Of a stretch of DNA of 64,000 nucleotides, positions 27,643 through 42,078 are shown piece after piece. The notes under the pieces are model-generated. The model had not been told where the DNA came from. It searched no databases and saw only the letters and a list, made by a program, of their open reading frames with translations. A program made the translations under genes and the position numbers. Origin of the DNA: Octopus vulgaris (taxonomy: Eukaryota); NCBI GenBank assembly GCA_951406725.2, contig OX597815.1, positions 87,668,001 to 87,732,000 of the forward strand. The letters are read 5' to 3'. The first letter of the stretch is position 1. Each line of letters starts with the position of its first letter.

Positions 27643-28463
27643 TAGCAGGGGCGTATATTCCAGATGTGCTAGGTGTGCGCTGCACACCCATCGAAAATGG
27701 CAAATTCATTACAAATATTAACCTTACTCTTTAATTTAATCAGAAATCTCAATGGAAAACTTTTGTTATACCCCTGCATGAAATTTGGTGGCATTGGGTA
27801 TGGCAGCACACCCATTACAACAACCACCATACGGCACTGATAGATAGATGGATAACTAATAAAACATATGGGTAGATATATAGATAGATTAATAAAGACA
27901 TATTGAAAGATTTTGATAACAGCCATCAGAATTTTTCTGTAAACATAAGAAAATCGTGACACGCAGCTGTGTCAATATATAAATGACATAACTTCCTCTC
28001 AACCACCTAAAGCCGCCTGCAGTAGGAAATTAGGTAGACTATATATGTTGGTCAGGATATATGAAAGAAATAGGTTCTACAGGATTGTAATTGAAGGAAA
28101 TCTGATGAAAATGGCCGCTACTAGTTGGTTGTAATACCTATAGTGAAGGATTCATTCAAGTTGTGATTTTTTTGTCGATAGTTTAGGTTAGATGAAGGGG
28201 TTGTGTTACAGATACTCCGTAACTGATGAGATTCACAGGGTTGATGTTCCTCTTGAACAATGGCAAGATTTCAGCTGTAGGAAAAGAAAGAATTTCAACG
28301 GGATGTTATTTCAGGAAGGAAGTACTGTGAGAAGTGGTTTAATGTGGTGACAGTAGTGGTGGACACAGTACTGATAACGAGAATTAGAGAGAGACGAGTG
28401 TGTCAGTGTGCCCCTGAGTGGAAATGGCATAAAACAGTCAGCGCTGAGGAACGAAAACCACTG

Positions 28464-28534
<71 letters not shown>

Positions 28535-29810
28535 AGAGGGGATGGACAGTGTGTCTGTGCTCTCGAGTATGTTTGTGAGCAACTTCATATCAATCTTGGA
28601 GCCTTTTCTTTGAATGCAACCTAAGTTATCTGGGTGTATAGCGACAGCGTCGTCCCATATATTGGACCAATAGCTCGTTGTTAGTTGGACTCTGAGCATA
28701 TTAAGAGTCTATACAAGGAGTCGCTACAGCCTTAGCGCGAGATATGTAGCCTTTATGTGGGTGAAATAATTTGATGGAAGTTTGGCTGCTCCTTTTAGTA
28801 GATCAAACCACCACATTGAGGCACCTCCGTTCGATCGCTAAAGTTGTTACGAAAGATGATGGGGAAAGGTGGTTGACTCTATTATATTAGTTGTTGGTTA
28901 TCAGGAGAAAATGGGGTGGTATGGTAAGAACACAAACAATCGCAATCACTGATGAAAACAGAATTGTGGTAGACTTAAGAAGGTGATTACTTAAGTGGAG
29001 CATAATAGAGAAACTGGCTTATCCTGATTGTAACGGGCAATATAAATAGCAATGATTCGATGAAATCAAAACACTTTATTCAAAAGAATAATTCAATACC
29101 ATGTGGACTAGTGAGAAGAGAAAAAGATGAAATGGCGGTTAGAACAGTGTGTGAAGAAGATGGAGAAAGAAAAAGGAGGGAGAGGTAGAGTTAGTGATAG
29201 TAATAGTAGTGTTTAACTCCAAGGCAATTATGACCAAGCATTTCAGCCGTGACCATCTCGTCTTATTTAGGGGTATTTAGAACAATATTCTGTAATGTGT
29301 CTTTCTGTTAATAAGGCGATATTTGAAGAACCTTTGCTATTTTTTGTAGGTCGGGCAGCCATATAAAGCCCCTCTTTCCACTCATTCGCCCGTTAGTAAC
29401 AAGGTATAGATGGTATTGTTGGTAATAGTGATAGGTGTTATGGCACATGTACTAGTATGAAAACACACAACATTACACACGCACATTTACGAGATGAAAA
29501 GTGCATGCGTACTGCCATAGCCTCGCGCAGCACATACTCATAGAATTAGTTAAGTATGCGTGTTTAGATACATCATCTTACCCCCAAGACTCCAACACTC
29601 TGAAATTCCTTCTCCACCCACGGTTTTCCTGAAGACACCGACCTACTGATGTTCAAACTGAACATAAACCACATTAATCTTACCAGTCTAGGAGGCTCTG
29701 CACATGTCATGGATACTGCTCCTGCCATTTTGATTATTAAAAAAAAGAAGAAAATAGAAGTACAAGACAGAAGATGATACAGTTATAAAAAGGAAGCAGA
29801 GTTCACCTAC

Positions 29811-29967
29811 CGTCTGTGCAAATGAGAGATGCCACAGACTCCTTAGTGCTACATTTCACCTGATTGTAATGCTCAAACGTCTGACAGTCTGCTAGATGAC
29901 TTTCGTTTCCGTGGCAACGGATGCGGGCAAAGAGTTTATCAAGTTCACTTCCACCATAGTAATTTAC
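29811..29967 (-). CDS. LOXL: LOXL exon C: C-terminal half of the last SRCR domain
   Basis: cag|GTAAAT...GACG|gtaggt, 157 nt, phase 0-1: VNYYGGSELDKLFARIRCHGNESHLADCQTFEHYNQVKCSTKESVASLICTD. Confidence 0.9.
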
Positions 29968-31114
29968 CTGTCCGTGGTGTTGGTGGTAAAGTTAAGATAA
30001 TGAATAAATTATTAAGCATCTTGTACAGAAATTCTTTTCCGTGTATCAAAATACAAAAACACAAAACAATGTTAGACATCTAGGTTAATTCTACAGAGAA
30101 ATGGATGTTTAACTTGGATAAATCACAATCATTAACGATACTTATAATTATAGAAACACCCACACACCCACACGCACGTGCACACACATACACGCACGCA
30201 CGCACGCACGCACACACACACAACAAATATTATATTCAAAATAGCGTGAAAATCAGAAGAATTGAAATATTATTAAGTCTCACTGTGGACTAAATATAAA
30301 CACAGTCTTTCTATATTAGTGATATGCGGTAAAGAAAGGTGCCGAATCTTCAGATGGAAATTTCCACTTTGTTGACAGCATGTACCCGGCTTCTTTCTTC
30401 CATCAACAGCATAGATCAGCTGCATATAAAGCAGTCATGAACTAGGCTAGTACCGTAGTGTAATTCTGCCAGCTCGTCATGATGCTTTATATACACACAT
30501 ACATGCATGCATACATGCATGCATATGCATGCGCAACCACAGACTTGCATGAAACCACATATCTTAATAGTAATCAATTTTACATGGATAAACAGCGTCA
30601 TTAACACGATTCTATATTTACATCTATGTACAAATATATGTCCACATGCACATATAGATACATAAGTAGACACAGGTAAACAGGTGGATTAAACAGATAG
30701 ATATATATATATACACATGTATGTAGCCAGAATTTCCAAGAAAAGGAATATTGACTGAATTTCAGTCAAAACTTCAATCAATTGCTAACACAATAAAATT
30801 GACACAGTCATTTGGACAATCTCAGATAGATAGATTGTAAGCACCTACTTCGAATGTCGTTAACATTTGCGAGTTAATGAGTCAGAACTAATATATTGTG
30901 TGCCCAGAATATAAGATTGCATTTATAACTATAAATATTAGTGAAATTGTTAATTAATTTTGAAAAGTTAGCAGTTGTTCGGTGATGAATAAAAAACAAA
31001 GGCTAAATGCTGGTTCAGTAAAATAAATCAGTGAACAGAACAGTTAAAGTACAAGACTTATTCTACCTTCACTATGTGTGTCAGAGTAAAAAAAAAAAAG
31101 AATAGTAAATGGAT

Positions 31115-31395
31115 TCCCGTCGGTTCCAACGATGAATGTTACAAAGTTCAACCAAATGGAACAGCCAACTCATTGAATTAGCCTGTAAGTGTCTGAGTAT
31201 TTCGTAGACATGTGTACCTTAAATGAATTATGATGGAGAATGTGACTGTGTGTGACAATGCTGGCTTTTGAATTTCAAGAATATAGTAAAAAACAACAGC
31301 AAAACATTTGTTCAGGATACTATGCAGAGGGACTGAACTTGGAACGGCTTTTATGGTTACAAAGCAAACGTTTTAAATCCATGGACATGCTGCGT
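31115..31395 (-). mobile_element. Old copy of SINE family C
   Basis: Homologous to 58065-58362 (ccgtcggtt..acga, gaacagc..ctc.tgaatta, agac.tgtgtacctt). Confidence 0.6.
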
Positions 31396-32586
31396 CTGAG
31401 TTACTAAGGAGCTGTTGAGTAAATGTTAAGCTATCTTAGTTGTCACTTGATGTCATTGATACGAAATGGACTGAAATAGAATAAGATCATCTTTGAACCA
31501 CCAATAAGAAATTCATTCCAGAATTCTTGCATCTGCAATACAAGTATTCAAGCCTTCTCTTATTATTATCATCACAGTAGCAACCCTTATATCAGCCTGT
31601 GTGGAAGAAAGAACAGCTGAAGTAATGTTCTCCGGAAAACAGCAAATCCATAAAAGAATTGCACCGAGCAACCTCACAGCGAATGCAACTACACAAACCT
31701 TTTAATGAAAACTACTGTTGAAAGGATAATGTCTTGCAAAGCATTCATGAGATTTTAACGGTTAATGTGATAGAAATAACTTGGCAAGACCAAGATATTT
31801 TATCTCCTCTGTATTCTTCCATTTCTTTCTTTCATGTTTTGTATAACCTTATCACCAGACAGGTAAGCTACATCAGGAAGAGACACACCTACACACACAC
31901 CCACACCCACATGTGTATATATATATACAGAAGAGGAACAGTTTAGATCACTGGTGATCTAAACTAATAGATGTGTGGTCTGAGTGCTCCAACTAATAAA
32001 CTACTTGGATCCAAGTTCACAACGGGGGCTGGAGTTGTGGTAGCCACCGACTAGTAGGGAGAGAACCGGAGATCCTTAACCTACTTCCAAGTTAGTAATA
32101 TATGTATACACACACGTACATATTGTCATTTATTGTGGTCGGCTCTCACTGAGAGTGATTTTGTTTTTGTCAAGTAAAAATTCCGAGACGGTGTTTTTCA
32201 ATAAGTCCTTTAAGTTGGTAGTTCATGATTTGAGAGAATTTGGTCGCTATTTTTATCAGAATGAATGACTACCTAGATTTTTCCTTATTGTAACACAGGC
32301 ATAAACAACAGAACCAAAATGGCCAAGTTGGTAAGATATTGTAAAATTGGTAAATAATATATGTTCGTTTGTCATCGGGAAAGTGAATTCTGATGTTTTG
32401 GACCGGAAAGAAAGTTTTGGATACGAAACGTCAGAAGTGAATTCTTCTCTCAGTAAACGAATTTAATTTCTGAATATTTTTCGTACATCAACAGATGCCA
32501 TCCAATTCTATACATGCACACAAACACTAATCATACGCATACATATTCATTCCTTAATAGTCAGTAATCATAATATTTATCCTTAC

Positions 32587-32757
32587 CTGGAAAACTTGCT
32601 TCACCAAACCAAATCCTAACTGCCGACAGACCACAGAAGCTTCAAAATAACTCCAGTGATCACCACAGATCACTCCATACTTCTTAGCTCCGGGCAAGAG
32701 TATAGCAACTCGCCCTTCCCTTTTATATCGACCTCCATCCAGCGTTACTTTAAATTT
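32587..32757 (-). CDS. LOXL: LOXL exon B: N-terminal half of the last SRCR domain
   Basis: gtttgtctttcag|...|gtaagg, 171 nt, phase 0-0: KFKVTLDGGRYKREGRVAILLPGAKKYGVICGDHWSYFEASVVCRQLGFGLVKQVFQ (EGRV, GxICxDxW and VVCRQLGF SRCR motifs). Confidence 0.93.
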
Positions 32758-34004
32758 CTGAAAGACAAACCAGACGAGAAAGATGAGTATGAGGAATATG
32801 AAAGCAGAAAAAAATGGTACTGATGATGAAATTGCTGTTTAATGTTAGAATGTTGTTGTTATTGTTGTTGTTGTCGTTTAGGACCAGATCATCCTTCACT
32901 GAGTAGACCTATGACGAGAGACGTTTGAGCCGCATCCTGCATCGTCTACATTGTACAACGTATTTCCACTTTTTAAGACGGTAGGATAATATTTAAGAGA
33001 TATTTGCAACGAGAAGTGTACAATTTAATGCTTAGGAACTCTCCGAAATACTATACAGGTTACTGTGACATTAACCCGAAGCAATAGATAAGGAAATCGT
33101 GTGCTCCTCCACTTTGTTTCCAAATTTGTGGATGAAGGAGAATGAAATAACTGTCTCAATACAAATCTATCCTCGCTCCCATCGGAAGTATTGTTTAGAA
33201 ATATACTTTCTAGACACTGGAATTTGTTTTCGTATGTCGAAGTTACAGGCATGATAAAAAATAATGACTTCTTACGAATATAAGTATATAAGTGAAAGGC
33301 TTCTCACACTGGGTGGTAGAGCAGTCAGTTAAATCTTTGCCAGGACTTGACTGGTGTTTATGTTACTCACCTCAGAGAGATTTTCACTGACAGTGAAAGA
33401 AACACAAAGAAATTGTGTTATTTCCTTCAGTGCTATACTGATTCTGTTATCTCGCGCTTTTAGAATAAAGGACTAATAACAGAAAATGTCATTGGCAATT
33501 TATGCAACCAAAGAGCTTAGGTGTCTACAAATGGTATGATTGAACCAATGATGATGCAATTGTACAGTTTTTGAGTTGCTGCAACTGATGATCAGACAAA
33601 AATGTTTTAAACACTGAAAATAGATCCTCAACATGAGACCAAAATGGTTATGGCATTGGGTAAGGTTTTGAATTAGTATCTTTATATTGCTATAATACAT
33701 CTTTAAATAAATTGTTTGCAACCATAACTGCAAGAATAGTGATAAAGACAACTGAGCAAATATCAAATATAGTTAATAAATGAGCTGCGAGTGGTCGAGT
33801 CGGTTAAATATCAGACAACAATCGAAGGGTCAGACGTTCGTATCATACCGATGGTGCATTGTTGTGTCATTGTTTTGATATTCACTTTGGCAAGTTTTGA
33901 TAGTCACTTTGCCCGATTCCTATAATAGTACGCAGATATAGCATAGTGGCATGCGTAGTAAACAAGAGAAGTAAGGCAACAACAGAAAGAGCAGCGACAG
34001 CTGT

Positions 34005-34393
34005 GGAGGCGCAATGGCCCAGTGGTTAGGGCAGCGGACTCGCGGTCGGAGGATCGCGGTTTCGATTCCCAGACCGGGCGTTGTGTGTGTTTATTGAGCA
34101 AAAACACCTAAAGCTCCACGAGGCTTCGGCAGGGGTGGTGGCGGCCCCTGTTGTACTCTTTCGTTCCAACCTTCTCTCACTCTTTCTTCCTGTTTTTTGT
34201 CCCCGACTTCCTACGCAACTGCTGAGTCTGGATGTGCATTCATCCATACGTCGATGCTCTCGGTGTCGGGGTTGACCTGCTTTCTCTTCTACGGGTCTTA
34301 CGAATAGCAAAGGATCACGTTTCGGACTTCTTCCACTACAGAGGCGCGATCTTGCGAGCTCTGGGACGAAAACCGCTTCGCTCAACAAACAAA
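34005..34393 (+). mobile_element. Young-looking tRNA(Arg)-derived SINE
   Basis: Head GGAGGCGCAATGGCCCAGTGGTTAGGGCAGCGGACTCGCGGTCGGAGGATCGCGGTTTCGATTCCCAGACCGGGCG with A box (34015), B box (~34058) and a TCG anticodon-like loop; CpG-rich body and (AAAC)n tail. Confidence 0.8.
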
Positions 34394-36044
34394 CAACAAC
34401 AGCTATGGTTTCAGACATTTGCATATGACCATAGAAGAGGTTATGGTGTGAACACAGACACAGACAGACAGACAGACACACACACACACACACACATGCA
34501 ACGATTGACATACACGCACATCAGCAACAACATACGCACACAGACACACACATACTCGTGCTGACTAGCAAAGAAAAGTACAAAAAATATTTCTACTCGA
34601 GACACCACGGTTGTATAATGACCTGCTCATCTGGTAGAATGGTTAAAATGAGAGACAGCAGATTCACAGTATTGCAATGTTACTGAAAACGGGTAAGGAA
34701 TAAAAATGATCAAAATATACAAAAAACCCCCAAAAAAACGGAAGTTAAAAGAGAAAAAGGACTGTAGACGGTTTTATTCACTTGTTAATTTCCCCCGCAT
34801 TTATGAAAGCTCTTAACACTTAGCTTATTTTTGTTTAGATAAATCTCTGAACACTTATGCTGTTTGCACTGAATGAAAGGAAAATGTCGGGAAAATAAGA
34901 GAGGCAAAAGAAAAAAGAAAAAAAAAAGACACGTCTTTCTAACACATTTTGTAGATATTTAATTAAAGTCTTTCTTATTTGTTTTTACTGCATGCCTTGA
35001 GTCTAGAACAAGAAATATGAAACAGAATGGGTGCAGATAAATTGAGAGTGTATATATGTACGTGTGTATTTGTGTGTGTGTGTGCGGTGTGCGCGTGTGT
35101 GTGTATGGATATCTATTTATTATAACTGAATAAATAGCAATCACTATTATGTTATATCAAATATATTCTGCTATGTTCCAATTTGGTTATGAGTTCTTTT
35201 AAGTTGCAGTTATTTATTTCACGAGTATACGTGAGTGTGTATGTGTGTGTATGTGTGTGTATGCGTATGTGTTTGCATGTATATTACATATATGCATGTG
35301 TGTATGTGTGTGTGTGTATGCATGTCCATATATAGATATGTATGTATAAATATACATATACATATGTATGTATGTGTATATGTATGCACACACACACACA
35401 CACACACATACACACACACATAAGTGTAATATATGTGTATGCGCGCGTGTTTATGTGTTTGATATAATGTACTTTAAAGCAAACCTAAATTTTAACCGAC
35501 AATGGATGTAAATTAAACTGATTTCTGTGTGAGTGTATGTGTGTGTGTGCGTGTGCGCGCGTGTGTGTGTGTGTATGTGCGTGCATCTTTGGGTAAGCCA
35601 TCTTCTTTCAAACAATCTCTTCGTGGAAAAAAAAGATTATATTTTCAGTCACTGGATTTAAGGACTTTAATAAATCGAGGAATCCAATTTGCATAAGTAC
35701 TGCATCGGCAGTTAGAGACTGTTTATTAGTAACTTAATGACGCATTAAAGACTGAGTACTTTAACACTATATTGTACAATATCTCTTTGAATAGTTATAG
35801 ATGAGTACTCACTTTCTAATAAGATTTCATAAAATAATTGAAACCAGTCGAACTGTTTTTCTGTCCTTGATGAAATTATAAGAAAGAATTGTTTACAATG
35901 GCCTTATGCATTTAATTCTCTTTAATTTACACGCAAGTAGTGTCGGCTGAAATCTTAGATTTCAAAAGTACATTATAGTATATGCACGTTAAAGTTCACT
36001 ATAGCATTCATTCACATATGCTTAATGCTGGATCAACCAAAGCC

Positions 36045-36345
36045 TGGATTTGATAGACGGAAACTGAAAGAAACCTGTCGTATACATGTATGTATAAATA
36101 TATCTGTGTGTGTGAGTGTGTGTGTGCGTGTATCTTTGGGTGTGTCCCCACTCACCGCTTGTCAGAGTTAGTTTGTTGACGACCTGGTAAACTAGCAGTT
36201 CGGCAAAAGGCACAGATAGATTAAGTGTTAGCCTTTTATTGTGCTAAATTCTTAAAAAGTTACTGGGGTTCACTTGTTCAACTAAACACTTCAAGTCGGT
36301 GCCCCAACATGCCTGCAGTCCAATGACTGAAACGAGTAATAGATT
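36045..36345 (+). mobile_element. SINE family B fragment
   Basis: tggatttgatagacggaaactgaaagaa...gttcggcaaaag...tactgggg...gcagtccaatgactgaaac. Confidence 0.7.
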
Positions 36346-36369
36346 AAAAGTAAAAAATAAAAATTGTTA

Positions 36370-36770
36370 TCATGCCGGACGAAATGCTCAGCAGCATTTC
36401 GCCTGTCTTTATGTTCTGAGCTCACAACTTTGCCTTTCATCCTTTCGGAGTCGATAAATTAAGTACCAGTAAAACACTGGAGTTGATGTAATCGGTTAGT
36501 CTCCTCCCACCAAATTTCAGACTTTGTGTCTTTACTAAAAAGGATTATTATTACCATTAAGGCGGCGAGCTGGCAGAATTGTTAGCATACCGGACGAAAT
36601 GCTAGCGGCATTTCGTCCGTCTGTATGTTCGAGTTCAAATTCTGCCGAGGTCACCTTTGCCTTACATCTTTTCGTGGTTGATAAATTAAGTATCAGTTGC
36701 GTACAGGAGTCGATCTAATCGATTGGCACCTTCCCTCAAAATTTCGGGCCTTGTGCCTACAGTAGAAAAG

Positions 36771-36808
<38 letters not shown>
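36370..36808 (+). mobile_element. Two tandem SINE family A copies with an (ATT)n tail
   Basis: The second copy starts aaggcggcgagctggcagaattgttagc at about 36559. Confidence 0.8.
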
Positions 36809-36809
<1 letters not shown>

Positions 36810-37357
36810 GGACACTTAAGCGAAAGAGAAAAAAATTGAGACGGTATGGTATTACTAATGACATTATTAAATCACAACACAACCCCCTCAATACCACCCA
36901 AAACAAACCAAACCTCAATATAATATATAGACATTACACTGAAATGAAACTATTATCAATGACTCAGTCATAAAGTAGCCAGATTCACTTTCTTATGATA
37001 CCTGGCTAAAAGATTTTATCAACGTCTGCCAGTTGTGAATTTCAGTTTTGACGACTCGTTATCATTGCCTTCACTATTGCAACGATACCGTTGAGATTAA
37101 TCAGACCTTTCACCACACAGCATAATAAATAATCTGTTACGTGTATGTAGAAAATATGTTGTAGAGATACTGAGGGTGTTGCTACTGCTGATTTTAGCCA
37201 TTAAACCGGGAAAGAGTTTCTCAATAGTCTTTCGACATAAGGAACGGCGGAGGCGTCAACATAAAATTAAATGAATGCTGTATGAAAATAAATACAGACG
37301 TATATAAATAATAATACAAACTGACACAAACACACCCACGCACACATGTACACGTAA

Positions 37358-37394
<37 letters not shown>

Positions 37395-37634
37395 TGAATA
37401 GACGCCCTTCTACAGATACTTGCAGACGCATATATATGAAAGCCAGAGATTTGCACACAAGCACGCAACACGTGTCTAAACAATTTTTGCTGCTGCGTGT
37501 AGTTGTTATGGAAGCGATTATTTTCTTGGCTTCATTTCACGAGTATATTCTCAGTGTCGTACACGTGTGTGATGTATACGTGATGTATATGTAGTGTATA
37601 CGTGACTTGTAAACACGTTTCATGCTATAGCAGA

Positions 37635-37701
<67 letters not shown>

Positions 37702-37714
37702 TAGAGATCTGAGT

Positions 37715-37895
37715 TGTTGTTTAGCCCCACGTCAGCCCTGATTACCTGATCAAAAGCAGTTCTGCTGTGGTAATCTAGTCCTTTCGTTCAGCTGCAGTGT
37801 ATCTATGAAAGCATCACCTAATGCGTCCTGTTTTAAGACCGGAGGATGTGATATGAGTGAGATTTGGTTGTTATGTCGAGCGACCACGTAGAAGG
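37715..37895 (+). repeat. Interspersed repeat family D (other copies near 29210, 32875, 52270 minus, 59520, 61685, 62645)
   Basis: Shared gtttagcc..agg..agc...tgatcaaa.gc.ttccagc.gtgaccatc.cgtc...ttttaagac.g.ag.gtgtgatttgag.gagatttgg.tg.tat...gtcgagcgacc. Confidence 0.65.
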
Positions 37896-38379
37896 CAAGT
37901 TGATAGGGTGTACCACAACCAAACGAAAATCGGCTGTTCGTTATCTTGACGCAGGCACTAAGTTATGTCCATGATCATGACATTTACTTAAAGCGATCTC
38001 ATTTGGCTCAGTCGACGTTGCAGCAAATTGATACCACACACATTAAAACTAAGAATACTCCATTGTATACCGAGTTATCACGACGGGTTAAATTGTTAGC
38101 AGTGCTGTAGGACGGAGTTCAATTCCTCAGGGATATCGTGAAGAAGGATAGCCTTCAACATGTTTACTTGCCCTAAATACAATGCACAAAGTCTACCAAA
38201 GCAAAGAACCTTTACAATGTTACTTTATGTACAAGAAATAGCGGCTAATCTTCCCCCAAGTAACACATTATTGTCTTAAGTAAAGGAAGAACACACTGAA
38301 TACTGTAGAATGTTAGATACACAAAAATATGAGATCGATCGCCTTTGAATACAGTTGTATTCAAAAAGAGCTGACCTGA

Positions 38380-38414
<35 letters not shown>

Positions 38415-38499
38415 TGTATGTATGTATGTATGTATGTATGTATGTATGTATGTATCTATCTCGTATTTGCAGGTTTACACACACACACAGATACACATC

Positions 38500-39900
38500 G
38501 TGCTTGTCTGTGTATAAGACGAACCTCCGCATAAGGCGCACACTTAATTTATAACGAAGTTTTGTAGACCACCCCATTTTTGTATGCTTCGTCATATTTC
38601 ATCATAGATTTCGCGAAAGTGATTTTAAAGTGGTTATAAGAGAAAATAGCTTTCTTTTTTTCTTTTCTTGTGAATACAATATATATTGAAATCGTGTATG
38701 AAATCATATACTGTAACATAATACTAACTATGAAAGAAAAATCCATTAAATTTACTATAGCTGAAAAGAAAAACAACTTATATTGGTATGAACGAATACT
38801 GGTGTCAGCAGGGAAGATTATTTATCGATAAAACTGGTCAAAACAAGCTGCAAAGTACAATAAATACGACTGAATTCCCACAGATGTAGTATATATGCAG
38901 ACAAGGCAAATATTTCCTTCTTATCAAACAACAAGAGAAAAGTGTTTTGCATTCTAAAAAAACTGGTACTTCAGTAAATGGATAAGGCTACTAGAAATCA
39001 GCAATGTACAATGAATGTAAAAAAAAAAATGTAATTATGAAATTTTATTTTATCATCATCTGCAAAACCCATGAAACCATTATCTTCAGAACTAAATAGA
39101 CTCAAATTGTCAAAACTTGAAAAACTCATTTTTTTACTTTCTCCATCCATGGAATTCTCTATAATAGGATCTTTTCTTCAGGCAATACATTTCCCTTTGC
39201 ACCATCAAGGGCATTATTAATGCTACAATTTTTTAAATAGAAAATGATTTCAACATAACCTCTTCATGCACTGCATTCTATAAATTTCATAACCATTCAG
39301 AATCTGAAGCCCACACTCGTTTGTTTCACTCTTTCCTCACGGATCATTTAAATGGTTTACTGGTTGTGACATCTAAAGGTTGCAAGCAAATGGTTAGACA
39401 TCTCGATGTCACTCAGCTTGTTTTTTTTAACAAGTTCAATCTTATGGCCCGAAACAGAACCTAAAACTAATGAGGCAGGTTTCTTTAATAGCTCACCTAG
39501 ATGTCAAGATCGCACTTTATCTCTAAGTTCATTTCTTCCTCATCCATTCAACCTTTAAGATGGACATGAATATACACTCTAGTGCATAATCTTACCTTAG
39601 GTAATGTCCTTTTTTATTAAACAATTGCATAGCGTGCTTCTTCGCAGACAAGTTTTAACAATAACAAATTCATCCGCTTTGAATTCTAACATTGCTCGAG
39701 GGTATTTAGATGTTAAAGGGACTTTGTAAAAGTTCAAAATTATTTTATTCCCCTGCAATAATCAGATATCTGAAAAATTTAGCGATTCTGTTTTCGTATC
39801 CAGCGGGCAATTTTTATACTATTCTTGTTCTAGCCCTCACACAGAGGTAATTTTTTCTCTCATAAATCCGGAGCACCATTTAGGTAGTGATATATCTAGA
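38500..39900 (-). mobile_element. Decayed pogo-like DNA transposon (DDE transposase remnant)
   Basis: Minus-strand VYIHVHLKG*MDEEEM, KKPASLVL..VSGH and LTICLQPLDVTTSKPFK (compare LQPLDVSINKPFK). A terminal-like gtataagacg...cataaggcgcac lies near 38510. Boundaries are approximate. Confidence 0.7.
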
Positions 39901-40841
39901 CCCTTTTAGTTTACCATTCATGTGTTTGATTCTCTTACTTCCGGCCTCTTGACAATTACTAAACAGAAATAGAATTTCATACATTTAATGTTTAACTGAT
40001 CTTGCTTCCTCCTAGTCTTCATCATTTTACTAGTTGTGGTGGACCAGAATACTATTAACCTATTACCGTGTTATTTCGCGTATGTTATAACATCGAACTT
40101 AAATTTAATCCTATGGCAAAGTTTACATTGTTTTTGAGTCAAGGGCTTGAGCTCTGGGAAATTTACGATAAATCACGTATAACTCTTTGAAAATACCTTA
40201 AGCAAACTCTAACTCTGATAAGAGCAACTGTATATGTAGATTCTTTATATCTTAGTCAAGTGAATTGCATACAGGATGTGAAACTCGTACTATTAGTTGT
40301 GATGTTTTTGCTACCATGATCTGCTAGAAGTGAGTAGCACAATCGCTATTGTTTGATCGACACCTGGTTGCAATGTAGATAAGTGAAAGTTAAAGTTCAA
40401 CATTCCTTTAAGCTTACTGGAACATTTTCATTTACCGGTAGATAAACAAACGTTCTTAAAGGTAACGATGTTGTTCAGTAACGTAAGATATATATCCGGA
40501 ATGAATTATGTATGCTGGGGTGCGAGTGGAGGTACACTAAGATGGTGTGAGTTCCTGCTGTCATGTACTTCCCATGTACTGTAAGCCATTAATTTGGTCT
40601 TCAGCACATTAGTCGTAAGTTTTGCTAATAAACTGAGATAAATGTATTTTAAGTATTTTAGATTTAGTAATGTGTTTAGTGATATTTAGTTAACAACTGC
40701 CCGTCCTACGCTTTAGCTAGGCACTTTGCGATAATAGTGCTCGGTTTCATACCTGTTATATAGGAGCATTAAGCACACAGTAGATTTTTGAAATATCTTT
40801 TGTAAAATGTTGCATCAATGTATACACTGACCAGAAATATG

Positions 40842-40877
<36 letters not shown>

Positions 40878-41139
40878 GTATTTGCGCTCAAACGCACACA
40901 CACATGCGCAAACATGCGCACACACACATGCGCACACATAAGCACACACACGCACACATCACACACAAAGCAAATATACGGAGCAAGCACTAGCACGTGC
41001 AAGTAAGTTAACATCTGAGCATACACTGATATAAACACGGAAGCGAAGGAGATAGTCACACTCCAGAAAAAAAAAATGTGTAGATCGCATCGCTGTGCAC
41101 TCCTTATATCACTCTGAGCGATTATGATTCCCGTGTTGT

Positions 41140-41670
41140 TTCCAGCTGTAAATGTAGGCTAATCAGCACCCCCGAGAGCAAGCTACGCATTGTAAATAAA
41201 CGTATTCCTGATGCCAGAAGGGTACAGGGTTGATTTCAATGGGACTGAAGTCGTGCTGTCATTAACTAGTCTCGCGATATCGAGAATAAACCAACCTGCA
41301 AGTTCATCCAGTTTTCTGCCGTTGAAAATCAAAATCTCTCCTCTTGCAAAACCCAGATTTCGGGAGACAGCTTACTAGAGTTAGCAACCACAATATTATA
41401 ATGATTCGGAAAGCTAGGAAGGCACTCCTGTTTCCCGATGATGTCTAAAGGGTGAAAAAGGAAGGAGACCCACTGTTCGATGTATCCATGAGGAAATACA
41501 ACAGAGCCCAAGTCGTTGATCTCGTCGGGTTATTTACCCTGGGTACCATAGAAAAATATACATCCACCAATAGCTCGGCTCTGTACCGAGTCCATGGGTA
41601 GGGAATCTCAACCGATATGAACAGTTCCGTTATGGATAAGCTCGTATTATCGATTTTTTCAACAATCTAA
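41140..41670 (+). mobile_element. Decayed Penelope-like element RT fragment
   Basis: KCRLIS, KFIQF, IRKARKALLF, FDVSMRKYNRAQVVDLVGLF and a broken GLYR motif. Confidence 0.75.
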
Positions 41671-41879
41671 GTATATCACAAGGTTTCCAGACATGAGTTC
41701 TACTCACGTGTCAAGTTTCATCAAAATCAATAAAACGATGTAGGAGGGGTTAGATAACAGCGCCACAAACAAGCACACACCGATTTTCTACATATGTAGT
41801 ATGTATGTATGTATGTATGTATGTATGTATGTATGTATGTATGTATGTATGTATGTATGTATGTATGTATGTATGTATG

Positions 41880-42078
41880 TGTTTGTCCCTCTCCACCACG
41901 TGAAAACCGGTGTTGGTGTGTCTATGTCTCCGTAACTTAGCGGTTTGGCAAAAGAGATCGATAAATAAGTACCAAGCTAAAAAAAAAAAAGTACTGGGGT
42001 CGATACATTCGACTATAAATTCAAGGTGGTGCTCCAGCATGGCCACAGTCTAATGACTGAAACAAACGATAAAAGATA
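41880..42078 (+). mobile_element. SINE family B 3' half
   Basis: accggtgttggtgtgt...ccgtaacttagcggtttggcaaaagaga.cgata...gtactggggtcgat...catggccacagtctaatgactgaaacaa. Confidence 0.8.

Noticed and set aside
27646-27776. Possible MITE (CAGGGGCGTATA ... TATACCCCTG)
   Set aside because: The inverted ends are short and imperfect, and no target-site duplication is recognisable.
34005-34080. tRNA-Arg gene
   Set aside because: The acceptor stem does not pair properly and the head continues into a ~300-bp body with a simple-repeat tail, so it is a SINE.
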